Assembly (NCBI RefSeq): GCF_001194135.2 | Contig: NC_068986.1 | Location: forward strand, 33,185,219 to 33,249,218 | DNA from: Octopus bimaculoides | Taxonomy: Eukaryota | Direction: 5' to 3' | DNA length: 64,000 nt | Shown here: piece after piece, positions 1 through 13,084 of the stretch | Position numbering within the stretch: position 1 is the first letter of the stretch | Layout: the number at the start of each line of letters is the position of its first letter | The notes under the pieces: generated by a model | Seen by the model: only the letters and a program-made list of their open reading frames with translations | Told to the model about the DNA's origin: nothing | The model's database searches: none | Translations under genes and position numbers: made by a program

Positions 1-870
1 ATATATATATATATATATATAAATAAATATAAATATGTGAATGTATGTATGTACGACTATGTATGAATATATCTATATATATATATATGCACAAACACAC
101 ATATGTATATATATATATATATATATGTATAAACAAATAAAAAGTATAATTAACGTTAAAACAAAAAAGTATACAAAAAATATTTCTTCACACATTTTTT
201 TGAAATGCTTTCTACATTTTTAATTTGTTTCTCTTTGATTGTTTACATATTTTTTACAATTTATTTATTGTTTGTTTTAAATTATATTTAAATTGAGAAA
301 TACCGTTTCTTTCTAATTTTTATTTATACTTTAAATTATAATTTTTTGCATATTTATATTATAATTTATTTTTAATGATATCGAGGTATGAGTTTTTTGG
401 TAGGTAGACATAAGAGCATGTGTGTACGTATATGCATATATATATATATGTGTGTGTGTGTGAGTGCGTGCGTGTATGAGTAAGTCTAATTGTATGAACC
501 AAGAATGCATATTACTGTACATGAACGCCTAACACTTTTTCTGAGTGTACGTATATGCATGTAGGAGTGTGAATGTTTGAATGAATGAGTATTAGTCTGT
601 GTGCGTGTGTGAGTTTGAGCGTGTGTTTGTGTGTGTGTGTCTGCGTGTGTATGTGTGTGTGTGTGTGCGTACATTTCTCTGTGTGCGTGCTTGTACTGTG
701 TGTGTGTGTGTGTGGGTGGCGGTTTGAGTGTTTGTATGAAAAAGTATTATTCACTGCGTATGTGTGAGTGAGTGTTTATGTGTGCGTGCGTGCATGTATA
801 TGTGGGTGTGTGCGATTGTGTATGTGTGTGTGTTTGTATGTGGGTGTGTGCGAGCGTGTATGTGTGTATG
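1..870. repeat. Compound (TA)n / degenerate (TG)n microsatellite region
   Basis: (TA)n at 1-130 and imperfect (TG)n/(TGCG)n at ~421-870. The ORFs here (HTHT/CVCV/YIYI) are repeat translations. Confidence 0.9.
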
Positions 871-959
871 TTTGGGTGATGAAGATCAGTTGATACGAAA
901 TATAACTGTTGTCGTTCATGTATGTTCCGTTGTATGTGTGTGTTTCTGTATAATGAGTA

Positions 960-1402
960 AGTTTATTATTAAGAAATGCATCTTTCTCTATTGCGACGTA
1001 CGACTGCGAGTCATGGACAATGTTGAAGGCAGACGAGAAAAGAATGAACGCTTTTGAAATGTGGTGTTACCACAGAATCCTTAGAGAGTCGTGGACGGAG
1101 AGAACGAACAACAGGATACTAAAAAAGCTCGGTTGCGAGATGACGCTTCGGCGGAACATCATGAAGCGGAAGCTACGGTTCTTTGGCCACGTCATGCGCC
1201 GGGATAGACTTCAGCGAACGATCATAACTGGCAAGGTGAAGGGCAGACGTAACAGAGGCAGACCACCCACTTCTTAGATGAAAGACATCGTAGCCACAGG
1301 ATTTTCTTTATTCTCAGCTGTCCATGGGGCAGAGAAGAGAAGGTGGCAAGACATCGTGATGACCACAGCATCTCATAGTGCGACACATGACTAGAAGAAG
1401 AA
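960..1402 (+). mobile_element. RTE-clade (BovB-like) LINE, 5'-truncated 3' end
   Basis: The frame from ~972 reads LRNASFSIATYDCESWTMLKADEKRMNAFEMWCYHRILRESWTER...RKLRFFGHVMRRDRLQRTIITGKVKGRRNRGRP. This is the typical RTE ORF C-terminus (YGCESWT; AFE.WC.RR.L..SWT; L.FFGH..RR; GK..G.R.RGRP). It ends in a short tail, GACACATGACTAGAAGAAGAA. Confidence 0.9.
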
Positions 1403-1507
1403 CATCTTTCTTTGCGCTTGTATGTATATATGCCCATCCATGTGTGTGTGTTTAAATTTAGTTATTAATATGTATATGCTTTTGTGCGCGTGTTTTCCAT
1501 GTGAATT

Positions 1508-1890
1508 TGTTGGCATTCCGTCACTTACGACGACGAAGGTTCCAGTTGATCCGATCAACGGAACAGCCTGCTCGTGAAATTAACGTGCAAGTGGCTGAGC
1601 ACTCCACAGACACGTATACTCTTAACGTAGTTTTCGGGGATATTCAGCGTGACACAGTGTGACGAGGCTGACCCTTTGAATTACAGGCACAACAGAAAGA
1701 GGAAGTAAGAGTGAGAGAAAGTTGTGGTGAAAGAGTACAGCAGGGTTCGCCACCATCCCCTGTCGGAGCCTCGCGGAGCTTTAGGTGTTTTCGCTCAATA
1801 AACACTCACAACGCCCGGTCTGGGAATCGAAACCACGATCCTATGACCGCGAGTCTGCTGCCCTAACAACTGGGCCATTGCGCCTCCACA
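1508..1890 (-). mobile_element. tRNA-derived SINE, family B (near full length)
   Basis: The minus-strand head GTGGAGGCGCAATGGCCCAGTTGTTAGGGCAGCAG...GGTTTCGATTCCCAG carries Pol III A/B boxes. It is colinear and highly similar to the copies at 19413-19799 and 52702-53068. Confidence 0.9.
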
Positions 1891-2521
1891 CTTGTAAATA
1901 CTGGTTCCTTAATAACTATTTATATATAGATGCGTGTGCCAGTGTCTGTGCAAGTGCATGTGTAAGGAATGCAGGTGTTCAATACATCTACACATGTGTG
2001 TTTGTATATGTGTATGCGTCAAACTATGTATAGGATATAGAAACAACATTATGTACACTGAGTGAGATTCAAGTTACTGTAGACGAGGTAAGCATATATA
2101 GTAACATTAACGATGTGTATTTTTTTCCCGATATATTGTGACAAAACAGCCATTGATTTTTTTTTTTTGTAGTACACAAATTCAATAGCTATTAAAGCAC
2201 ACACACACGCATACACACAGAGAACTCGTCATCCTCCTTATACTCCACCTACTATTAATTTTGAGACACGGGTTAATACTTACTTGACTGCTACTGCATC
2301 TTATCGACTCAGGAGGAATAAAAAGCGAAATTGATCTCAGCGTAATTTTAACTCTTAATGAGTCGAAAAAAAAATGCAGTTTAAAATTTTGACTTATGTT
2401 CTTAACGATTGTGTCAGCTCGTTGCCTTAATAACGACGACGACGATGATGATGATGATTATCATCATCATCATCATCAACGTCATCATCATCATCATCAT
2501 CATCATCTTTACAACGGGCAT

Positions 2522-2700
2522 CAGGTCCTGAAATTTTGGAAGAGCAGGTAGTCGATTTGATCGATTCCAGAGCTCAGCTGGTACTTATTTGATCGTCCCC
2601 GAAAAGATGAAAGGCAAAGACGAACTCGGCACAATTTGAACTCAGAACATAAAAATGGACGAAATGGCGCTAAGCGTCATTGATGTTTACCTTAGTGATG
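2522..2700 (-). mobile_element. tRNA-derived SINE, family A
   Basis: It matches the reverse complement of 4617-4835 (GAGTTCAAAT B-box; CTTTCATCTTTTCGGGGACGATCAAATAAGTACCAG). A (TTA)n tract lies upstream on the element strand. Confidence 0.8.
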
Positions 2701-2710
2701 GATTGTGTCA

Positions 2711-2716
<6 letters not shown>

Positions 2717-2759
<43 letters not shown>

Positions 2760-2805
2760 GTAGCAGTAATAGTAGTAGTAGCAGTAGTAGTAGTAGTAGT
2801 AGTAA

Positions 2806-2855
<50 letters not shown>

Positions 2856-2960
2856 ACAACAATGATGACGACGACGGTGACAACGACGACGACGACGACG
2901 GCAACGACGGCGGCGACGACGACGACGGCGACGACGACGACGATGATGATGATCATGATT
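2717..2960. repeat. Compound trinucleotide array (TAA)n-(TAG)n-(GAC/GAT)n
   Basis: Seen directly: the period-3 register is kept while the unit changes stepwise. Confidence 0.95.
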
Positions 2961-2979
2961 ATCTTTTCTACAACAGTGC

Positions 2980-3100
2980 ACAAGGCCTGAAACATTGGTG
3001 GAGAGGTGTAGTCGATTACAACAACATCAGTTCTTCGCTTTTTTTATTATAGTTTATCGACCACGGAATGATGAAAAGCAAAGTGAGTTTTCGTACTGAA
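2980..3100 (-). mobile_element. SINE family A, 3' fragment
   Basis: ACAAGGCCTGAAA...GTCGATTACA...TTATCGACC...GATGAAAAGCAAAGT is shared with other family A copies. Confidence 0.7.
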
Positions 3101-3509
3101 AGCACCGTGATGCAAAAGATTTGAACAAAATGATGTAAGCAAACAATAGCTAGGAATAGACCGTTATACAATAGCGTGGGACTTATTTAATACTATTTGT
3201 ATTTCATACGTGTAAGCAAATCAATACAATATATTCATGAAGATAAAGGAATATAAAATTATGAATCAGAAAAAATAAATATACGCAACCAAACCACAAT
3301 CGTTTTAAGAGCCACACCTGTGTTTGTTCAGGGTACATTGCGAAGCTGACTGCGTACACCCTCAGTACTCCATATCCCAGTACACGTAATGCTCAATATT
3401 AAAAGTTGCCGGACGTAAGTCAAATGTTGAGTGGTGTGTTTGTGAATCTGTGAATGTGTGTGTGCGTGTATGCACATAGACACACGCACACGAGCGCAAT
3501 GACACTTAC

Positions 3510-4435
3510 ACATTTATTCAATATGACCACTTCTGTTTCGAAATATAGCCTTAAGTATAAGTGCGAATGCTTCACGCGCGGCACGCAGTTGTTCTTGCAG
3601 AATCGAAGCCCATGCCTGACGCTGTTGTGCCTTTAGAGCATCGAGCGAAATATGAGGACTGCTCGAGACCCTCATGTTCAAAATGGATCAAACTGAAAAA
3701 TCCAGCGGGCTGAGATCGAGGGTTCTTGAGAGCCATAAGTCCTTGTTTATGAACGACGGAATCATTTTCTGAATCCAGTGTTGTGACTGTCTGGAGCTGT
3801 AGAATTGTGCCGTGTCCTCTTGGCGGCTCCATGGTGCGCCTTGAAAGTGCTCATTCGCCTATGGAAGCAGTTCAGCTTCCAGAATGTCGCTAATGTATCG
3901 CTAGGTGTTAGTTTTAACACCCTAGGAAACAAAAACGAGGGGAAACCTTCCAGTGGCTGTCACAGACGCCCAAACCATAAATGATTGTAGATTTTGACGT
4001 TGATTTACGAATCTACGCTCGACGGAGTCAGATACACTCCAAAGTCGGTCATTTTGGTGGTTTACCGCTTGTTCGATGTCAAATTTCTTTTCATCAGTGA
4101 ACACCAGGTTGGGCAACGTGCCTTCAGCAATCTGACATAGGATAAAATGACTTCTCTCTAATCGTATGGCCTTATAAACTTGCGTGAGCTGTGAGTTCAT
4201 GACGGTGAATCATCTTGTAGCGGTGGGTTTTGAAATCCTCCTTCAGTACTCGCTACATCGATGTTCAGCTTATTTTTGGCTTAGTAGCCAGTGTCCTCAG
4301 GGAACGACGAGGATTTCAACGTTTCTTTTGTCTGGGACATTTGATAAGATAAGGCGTCCGCACACTTCATTTTCGGCCACCTCCTGGTTGATCATTGGGA
4401 AAACCAGTCTCTTGAAATTTCTTCACTATTTACAC
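3510..4435 (-). mobile_element. Tc1/mariner transposase pseudogene, DD37D (maT)-like
   Basis: Minus-strand frames with stops and frameshifts give VKKFQETG..DQPGGGRK*SVRTP (HTH region), LVFTDEKKFDIEQAVNHQNDRLW, FMVWASVTATGRFPLVFV, LDLSPLDFSV and a C-terminal RNRSGHIE*. TIRs were not recognised. Confidence 0.85.
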
Positions 4436-4524
4436 ACACACACAGACTTATCGCTTTCCCCCCGAAACTGCTGTACTAGTGCCAACATTTGACACCATTA
4501 TTATTATTATTATTATTATTATTA

Positions 4525-4574
<50 letters not shown>

Positions 4575-4616
4575 GTTGTTGTTGTTGTTGTTATTTTTAT
4601 TGTTTTATTATTATTA

Positions 4617-4835
4617 TCGGAGTGAACTAGCAGAATCGTTAGGACGCCGGGCGAAATGCTTAGTGGCACTTTGTCTGCACGTTCTGAGTTCAAACTCCGC
4701 CTCAAGTCGACGTAGCTTTTCATCCTTTCGGGATCGATAAATTAAGTATCAGTGAAACACTGAGGTCGATGGAAAAGACTGGTCCGGTTCCCCCAAAATT
4801 TCAGGCCTTGTGCCTTTAGTAGAAAGGATTATTAT
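4617..4835 (+). mobile_element. tRNA-derived SINE, family A (full length)
   Basis: A-box TAGCAGAATCGTTAG, B-box GAGTTCAAACTCC and 3' end AAATTTCAGGCCTTGTGCCTTTAGTAGAAAGG. It is flanked on both sides by (TTA)n. Confidence 0.9.
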
Positions 4836-5060
4836 TATTATTTCAGTGGTTGCTGCTGTTGCTGCCTCTAATGTAATCATAAATATCGATGTTTCGTAAA
4901 TTTACACTGGTTTTCAGAAATTTATTGAAAGGAAGTTGGAATTTGTATTTTTACAGTGGGGCCATTCGTGGAAAACTGTCTTTGTCTCCCTGATTAGAAG
5001 AGGCACGGTTATTTTATCGTCCCCTGCGGCCAATGGACATTATATTCTTATTAAAACATA

Positions 5061-5159
5061 TCATGAAGATTGACAGATGAAGAGGGAAGAGCAGTTGTAT
5101 GCAGTCATGGGACCCGTGGAGGATGTAACTCTACACTTGTCGTCGTCTATATTGAAATT
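5061..5159 (-). CDS. Candidate terminal exon of an unidentified gene (NFNIDDDKCRVTSSTGPMTAYNCSSLFICQSS*)
   Basis: Preceded by a polypyrimidine tract and acceptor (CTTTTTCCTTTTGTCAAACAG). It is 99 nt, open in phase 0 only, and ends in TGA. The Cys spacing is loosely like a C-type-lectin domain end. No homology was verified. Confidence 0.25.
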   Translation of the reverse strand, partial: NFNIDDDKCRVTSSTGPMTAYNCSSLFICQSS

Positions 5160-5467
5160 CTGTTTGACAAAAGGAAAAAGCGCCATTTTCCTATGACATT
5201 TTTTTCTTTTGCTGTGGGTAGCGTTTAATGGATAAAATAAGAAATATATAAGTATTATTTTTAAAACGTCAGCAATTCTATGGCACAAAAGACATGTGGG
5301 AAATAACATAGTTATGAACGACAACGATAAGACTACAATAACTACGAGCATTAGCAGCAGCAGTAACAACACCAACATTGGATAAAAAGAGAAAATCAAT
5401 ATGAATAAGGATAAGGCAACTGGTATTGGATCTCAGTCGTAATGGCGGCTTGCCAAAGTAGACTTAC

Positions 5468-5514
5468 CGAGTTTCTTCTAACGACTGCGAATATCATGTC
5501 TAATGCTGTGAATT
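5468..5514 (-). CDS. Candidate internal exon (xFTALDMIFAVVRRNS)
   Basis: Acceptor TCTCATTCAATCAG and consensus donor G|GTAAGT. It is 47 nt with a single open frame (phase 1 to 0), compatible with the exon at 5061-5159. Confidence 0.22.
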
Positions 5515-5619
5515 CTGATTGAATGAGACAATGTTTTTCTGCTCAGCATCATTAAGTGAATTTTTCAGAATATATTTCCAACAGACAAATATATTTCAAA
5601 CACAAATATTTTGCTTTAA

Positions 5620-5781
5620 AATTTAGCACAAGTCCAATAATTTCAGATAAATAAATATTTTATTGACCTCTGAAAGGATGAAATTCGACACCGGCGGCAT
5701 TTGAACTCAGAAAGTAAACACGGATGAAATGCCGCTCAGCAATTTGCCCGGCGTGCTAACGGTTCTGCTAGCTCTCCGCCT
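5620..5781 (-). mobile_element. SINE family A, internally deleted copy
   Basis: GCATTTGAACTCAGAA...GCCCGGCGTGCTAACGGTTCTGCTAGCTCTCCGCC is the reverse complement of the family A head. Confidence 0.8.
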
Positions 5782-5809
5782 TTTTTCAAGCAACAATATT
5801 ATCATTTTG

Positions 5810-5895
5810 GTTGGCCTGAGACTACACTAAAAGTCACTCGCACGGGGTGCCAATCTGTGGGACTGAACTCGGAACCAATCTTTTACCACACCGCC
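5810..5895 (-). mobile_element. SINE family C, 5' fragment
   Basis: GTGGGACTGAACTCGGAACC...TTACCACACCGCC matches the head region of the copies at 42743 and 46725. Confidence 0.65.
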
Positions 5896-5961
5896 AATAC
5901 ATAATATACAATTTATATTATGCTATATATCCTATACATAAGTACATACACACACACACAC

Positions 5962-6014
<53 letters not shown>

Positions 6015-8119
6015 NNNNNNNNNNNNNNNNNNNNNNNNNNNNNNNNNNNNNNNNNNNNNNNNNNNNNNNNNNNNNNNNNNNNNNNNNNNNNNNNNNNNNN
6101 NNNNNNNNNNNNNNNNNNNNNNNNNNNNNNNNNNNNNNNNNNNNNNNNNNNNNNNNNNNNNNNNNNNNNNNNNNNNNNNNNNNNNNNNNNNNNNNNNNNN
6201 NNNNNNNNNNNNNNNNNNNNNNNNNNNNNNNNNNNNNNNNNNNNNNNNNNNNNNNNNNNNNNNNNNNNNNNNNNNNNNNNNNNNNNNNNNNNNNNNNNNN
6301 NNNNNNNNNNNNNNNNNNNNNNNNNNNNNNNNNNNNNNNNNNNNNNNNNNNNNNNNNNNNNNNNNNNNNNNNNNNNNNNNNNNNNNNNNNNNNNNNNNNN
6401 NNNNNNNNNNNNNNNNNNNNNNNNNNNNNNNNNNNNNNNNNNNNNNNNNNNNNNNNNNNNNNNNNNNNNNNNNNNNNNNNNNNNNNNNNNNNNNNNNNNN
6501 NNNNNNNNNNNNNNNNNNNNNNNNNNNNNNNNNNNNNNNNNNNNNNNNNNNNNNNNNNNNNNNNNNNNNNNNNNNNNNNNNNNNNNNNNNNNNNNNNNNN
6601 NNNNNNNNNNNNNNNNNNNNNNNNNNNNNNNNNNNNNNNNNNNNNNNNNNNNNNNNNNNNNNNNNNNNNNNNNNNNNNNNNNNNNNNNNNNNNNNNNNNN
6701 NNNNNNNNNNNNNNNNNNNNNNNNNNNNNNNNNNNNNNNNNNNNNNNNNNNNNNNNNNNNNNNNNNNNNNNNNNNNNNNNNNNNNNNNNNNNNNNNNNNN
6801 NNNNNNNNNNNNTATATATATATATATTTATATATATATATATATATAATATGCATATATGTGCCTATATATATAAATATATACCTCTAATATGATATAA
6901 TATATTTACACACACGCACACACATATATAGGTATGCATACGTATACATAAATATGCGTGTGTGTGTATAGGGCCATATACACATTTGCTTATTCCAGTA
7001 CTCCAAAATTGTATGTAGATGTTATATTTGTTTGAGTTACGCACAAGAGTTGAAAAATACTGTAAAATATTTTTTGCAAAGTAATTAGATATCACAAGAG
7101 GAGACTGGAAATCATTTCTAGTATTATTTATTTACCATGTTTGATTTGCTAAAAGGAGGTACAAAACTGTACATGTAGAAAAACATGGAGGATATTTCCT
7201 ATTAGAAATGCTTTGGCCGCAAGAATATTTTGATTGTCATATGGATTTCAAATAGGAGATAACTTTGCATTTTTGTCCTATAAGTACAATTTTGTAACAC
7301 CTATTTGCAAATGAAGCGGGAGCATTGGCGAATAAATAATTACAAAACTTTTTACTCAATCTCTATTTTCACCCTCCCCCCACACAAATATGTATATATT
7401 TTCATCACCACTGTTTGACGAACGGGAACACGAAACTCTGAGTAACAGTCTTGTGATAATTTTACGGCTTTAATAAAAGCATATCACTCTACCTGTCGCA
7501 TTCGAGTACTATTCTTTCCACCATGTTTTGCACTTATGTGCTCTCCCGCAGACACATTGAAAAAATACACATGCATTTATATATATATACATATATATAT
7601 GTACATATATATATATATAATGTATATCACTTCCTCCCTCCACCATCCTCTCTGCTCTCGTGTGACCTGTGGTCAACTTTCTTTTCACTCCAGCCGCTGT
7701 GAAGGCAAGACGAACTACTAGCGTTCTACATCAGATTCGCGTTTGGCCGTACGACTTTTTTATGTTATTTTCACTGTCCAATTTTTCCTGTCTTGGTTTA
7801 CGTTTGCCACCTTGGAATCCTCTGCTTAGTTGGTTGATCCACTACTCAGGAAGAAACTATTCTAGAGTACGTCCTGCCTTATCTTCGAAACGTAGAGTTA
7901 GAATAGAGGCAGCTGATGAATAATTCCAAGTGGCTTTCTGTTTTCCTATGTGTTCGTTCTGTTGTCTGTAGTTCATTGTTCTAACGTCCTATACCCTGAT
8001 ATGCATCTATATACACATGTAAATGAAAGTATATACATATATGTGTGTATACATGCATATATAAAGATACCGATAGAATAATTACTAAGCTTACAAAGAA
8101 TAATCATGTGGTTGCTTTC

Positions 8120-8180
8120 TTCGTTTAAAGGTGGTGCTCCAGCATGGCCGCAGTCAAATAACTGAATAAAAGAATATATA
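8120..8180 (+). mobile_element. SINE family C, 3' end fragment
   Basis: AAAGGTGGTGCTCCAGCATGGCCGCAGTCAAATAACTGAATAAAAGAAT is the reverse complement of the block at 27575-27625 and 43243-43290. Confidence 0.75.
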
Positions 8181-8238
8181 AATATATATCCTACACACAC
8201 ACATACTCACACTCACAAACGCACACACGTATATATGA

Positions 8239-8300
<62 letters not shown>

Positions 8301-8609
8301 CAAAAGACATTTCTCAAGCTCGGAAGACACTTGTAATGCTATTGTTGTGCTATTATACTGTGATTTTTATCAGTGTTTTGTTCTCGTTTGAAAACAGTTG
8401 CTTAGACCATTTGTAGGGGATTTGTAGGATGACTTTAGTCGCGCGGAGAAACAGATAAACAAACGTTAACAATAAAGTTTCTGCCTACAATTTGTCGAGT
8501 CATGTATATCTGCCTGCAGGTGGTGCATCCTATGTTTATTGAATAATTGCATATCTGTATTAACTTTATGTTTATTATCGCTCTTACTTTTTTACTCTAA
8601 TGACATTGG

Positions 8610-8611
8610 TG

Positions 8612-8675
<64 letters not shown>

Positions 8676-8741
8676 ATCAGCTACTACTACTATTTCTTAT
8701 TCTTATTTTTACTCTTATTCCTCACCTACTACTGCTGCTGT

Positions 8742-8816
<75 letters not shown>

Positions 8817-9114
8817 AACTACTACTACTACTACTACTATTGTTATTATTTACATCATCATCGTCATCATCATTATCAACATCACTATCATCATCATTAT
8901 TATTATTATCATCATTATTCTTTTATTATTATCTTTATCTTTTTCACTATTATTACTATTATTATTATTAAATATCATTATCATTATGATTATTATTATT
9001 ATGATTATTATTATTATTATTAGTAGTATTATTATTATCATTATTATTATTATTATTATTTCTCTATTCCTTTTGCTTCCTTTTGTTCATATCATCACTG
9101 TTGTTTTCATTTTT

Positions 9115-9188
<74 letters not shown>

Positions 9189-9260
9189 CGTTTGCATTTA
9201 TATACTGTTTAGTTATTGCTTGTTGTCGTTCACGTTGTTGTTGTTGTTGCTGTTGTAATC
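8610..9260. repeat. Compound trinucleotide array (TTA)/(CTA)/(TCA)/(TTG)
   Basis: Seen directly. It is the source of the spurious poly-I/T/L ORFs. Confidence 0.95.
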
Positions 9261-9548
9261 ATTTGTCATTGGTGAGTATTGTGGTTGTCATGTGGTCTTT
9301 TGTTGAAAGAATTTCAGTGTCTTGGGGGTAAATGTCTAATTAGCCAGTTTCTGAAAAAATACATTATACCGATGCATACACTCATATGCATACATATATG
9401 CATATTCACACGCACACACACACACACACAAACACACACACATACATACACACACACGCACGCATACACACACACAAGTGTACACATATTTACACCTACA
9501 TTCACAAATGCAGGCACGCGTTTGTATTGATGATGTTGCAGCAGTGGT

Positions 9549-9617
<69 letters not shown>

Positions 9618-9924
9618 GACGGAGGAAGAGGGGTGCGTGGATGTTGAAGAGGTGAAGTAGATAAACAGAAATCGACAGAGAAGTGTATATGTAAACACAT
9701 AATCAAACAAATGAAGATATGAACAATCGCATACAAGTAGAGATATGACTACCACAGTTGGTAAAAAATAAAGAAAAAACACAACCAAACTCAAATCCCA
9801 AAAAATCCAACCCTAAACATCAATAAACACCCCTGGGGTCGATGTAATCTACTAAGACCTCCATTTGAAACTACTGCTCTTGTGCCACATAGAAAACTTT
9901 TTCTTCTTTTTCTTCTTCTTTTTG

Positions 9925-10039
9925 TTCTCCTCCTCTTCTTCTTCTTCTTCTTCTTCTTCTTCTTCTTCTTCTTCTTCTTCTTCTTCTTCTTCTTCTTCTT
10001 CTTCTTCTTCTTCTTCTTCTTCTTCTTCTCATTATTATA

Positions 10040-10101
<62 letters not shown>
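9925..10101. repeat. (TTC)n followed by (TTA)n
   Basis: Seen directly. The (TTA)n part abuts the 3' end of a Dong/R4 fragment. Confidence 0.95.
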
Positions 10102-10104
<3 letters not shown>

Positions 10105-10458
10105 TTATTTTTTATTTATTTATTTATTTAATTATTGTCTTTGCACAGCTTCTAATGCTTGAGATATATGTACTACGGTGCCAGCTGTTCATTACTAGTG
10201 AACTAAGGTAACACCCCTTATTTTTCGAGCACCCTCCGGATTATTCAAGCTGTTCCAAGCAGTGCTGTTTTCTGCAAGTGCACCACTCTTATTGCAGCCC
10301 CTATTTGTTCCATGTACTTCTCAAGATTTTTACTAACTGTTCACAGGGCTCCGACAATTATTTATACTACTATCACCTTTTTCATCGACCTCAACTGCTT
10401 AACCTCCCAAGCTAACCTGTCATATCTATTGACTTTTCTTTCTTCCATATCGCATACC
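10102..10458 (-). mobile_element. R4/Dong-clade non-LTR retrotransposon, 3' end (RLE C-terminus + 3'UTR)
   Basis: Minus-strand translation: CDMEERKVNRYDRLAWEVKQLRSMKKVIVV*IIVGAL*TVSKNLEKYMEQIGAAIRVVHLQKTALLGTA*IIRRVLEK* (stop at 10218-10220). This matches the K..KY..L...PIIVGALG...QKxALLGTA.ILR end of R4/Dong ORFs. The UTR runs through (TAAA)n into (TAA)n. Confidence 0.85.
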
Positions 10459-10464
10459 TTATTA

Positions 10465-10530
10465 TCAGTATAGGCTCGAAACGTAAAAGACTTTCCGACT
10501 TCCCGAGCGTTAAACTAATACATCTGTATT
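10465..10530 (+). repeat. Fragment of a dispersed repeat shared with 62525-62640 (possibly a Penelope-type tail)
   Basis: TAGGCTCGAAACGTAAAAGACTTTCCGACTTCCCGAGCGTTAAACTAATACATCTGT closely matches 62543-62600. The class assignment is inference. Confidence 0.6.
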
Positions 10531-11295
10531 AGCATCATCAGCACCAGCATCTTTAAGATCATCAAAATAAAAGGCAACGTGAATAACAACAATAATAAGA
10601 AAGATACGAACTGCACGAAAAAAAGAAGCAGGAAACACAATAAACGTTAATAGATTGTAAACGAGAACTCGAAAAGCAATCAACAACATCTGCAACAGCA
10701 GTAACAAACACAGCATCAAGAACAACAACAGCAACTTTGAAAATGCTACAGTAATAAGAATTCGGTTGTTTTTGTAATATTTTGCTATAGATTTTGTTGT
10801 TGTTTCTAATTACAACTCGATAGATGATGATTGCCACTACTACAGCAATAACTCTAATAATAACGGTGATGATCTTACAAGGAGAACAAATAAAATAATA
10901 AAATTAAAAACAAGGAGTAAATAAAATTTTAAAAAATAGACACCATATTGGTTATTGGATTTTAATAGGTCATTATAAACAGTAATTATAACTATCACAT
11001 CGCTAACATAGATTCAGAATTAAAAAATGATAATAACTGTTTCCTAGCAACGTATTGTTTACTATGACAACCAGAATTCAAATAAATAAATAAAAGAGTG
11101 ACTGTCACAAAGAATACAAAAATATACGCAAAATATAAATGACCACTTCAAAATCCTGTACTTCTGTTTCCGTTATGATGTTGAGATGAATTAATGAGAG
11201 AAAGGAAACTGCGTAACGGAAGTTGTGTTGGACTGGTGTGTAGTCTACTAATAAATTAAAAGAGCGCAGAATAAGAGATACAGAGATAAAGAGAT

Positions 11296-11364
<69 letters not shown>

Positions 11365-11616
11365 NNNNNNNNNNNNNNNNNNNNNNNNNNNNNNNNNNNN
11401 NNNNNNNNNNNNNNNNNNNNNNNNNNNNNNNNNNNNNNNNNNNNNNNNNNNNNNNNNNNNNNNNNNNNNNNNNNNNNNNNNNNNNNNNNNNNNNNNNNNN
11501 NNNNNNNNNNNNNNNNNNNNNNNNNNNNNNNNNNNNNNNNNNNNNNNNNNNNNNNNNNNNNNNNNNNNNNNNNNNNNNNNNNNNNNNNNNNNNNNNNNNN
11601 NNNNNNNNNNNNNNNC

Positions 11617-11648
<32 letters not shown>

Positions 11649-12172
11649 GCACACACACATATGTGACTATTCTGTGGAACAGAAGTATTCTTGACTTCTA
11701 TTTTTAGTGATGTAGGTGATCATGTAGTGCTTTCGTGTATATATATATATATATATACATAAGTACATATATTTTATGTATATATTTTATTAATTTGCCT
11801 GTACGGCTGATAACTCGCTTGCCACTCGTGATGGTATTTTAATAACACCATCCCTTCTTAGATATATATAAACCTACATACATATCTATGTCTACAGGGT
11901 TTCTGAGACTGTAACCTTATTATGTATAACTTGGTTGGTCCTTTACGTTCAAGATCAGAAATATGGTCCTGACTGCTAGCGGTAATGTCTTCTGTGTCCA
12001 AAAGCAATAAAAAATTTTCCTGAAGATTAGAAATTGTCAGACAAGTCGTGTCTTTCAAACAGCTGTAAGATAATATTAGCGAGAATCTCGGCAAGTCAAT
12101 GAGGAGTATTACCAATCATCTCTTAAGACCCAGGTGAGCCGTGTAATCCAGTCGAAGTGCTTGCTGAACAAA

Positions 12173-12272
<100 letters not shown>

Positions 12273-13084
12273 TACATACACATGTGTACACACACGAGCG
12301 GCTGCTGAAAATTTCTGGCTTTGAGTAAAAGAAAATACAGGAGGATCAGTTAATTATGATCGTATTCCTAGATGTTTTCATCTGAGATTCACGCACTTAT
12401 TACAATGGTTCTACAGGTTTTCTAAGCCGGGAGTCTGGGCCTCCAGTCAGGCCTTTCTGGATATTCTTAAAGCTATGAACGTTTCAGGACCCCCTCGTAT
12501 ATACACGCGTATCCGAGCGTTCCTGTAAACTTTGTACAGCGCAAAATTACATAAAGCGAAATATATAAAGTGATAATGCTTTCCGATAGATTTGCTTCAA
12601 AACAACATCAAAAGCAATATCAATTTTAAGCAGGAAAATAACAAATTATAAACACATGCAGTGCAATATATCTACATAAAAAACATTTGAAGTGGAATAC
12701 GTTAGAGGATGGATATATAAACATTTTAATACGGTAGAATGGTACGTTTTAATGTGAAAAAGTGAGTCCTGTGGAAAGATTGGTGAACATAGAATTAAAG
12801 TTAGTGGGAAGATAAGTGGCACTGTCTCCTACCTTGTAATTGATCATCATCAACACCAACGTTAGGGGTGAAGAACTTATGCCAAATTGTTTAATATTAA
12901 CGACGCGTCATCTTTTTGTAGAACTCATAGTAGTAATGAAGCATATGAAATTCTTGTAATTTTCATGTTACCTTCAGGTTTAAGGTAGTTATAAACAAAT
13001 CTTGTAGACCTTCATGCGTTAATACCGTTTGCAATCTATTTAAGAGGAGTTTGTTGAATTTTCGTATTCACATCTTGAATTTTA

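Noticed and set aside
1800-1890. tRNA-like sequences (also at 19720-19799, 42743-42810 and 23345-23430)
   Set aside because: They are SINE heads continuing into SINE bodies, and there is no complete cloverleaf.
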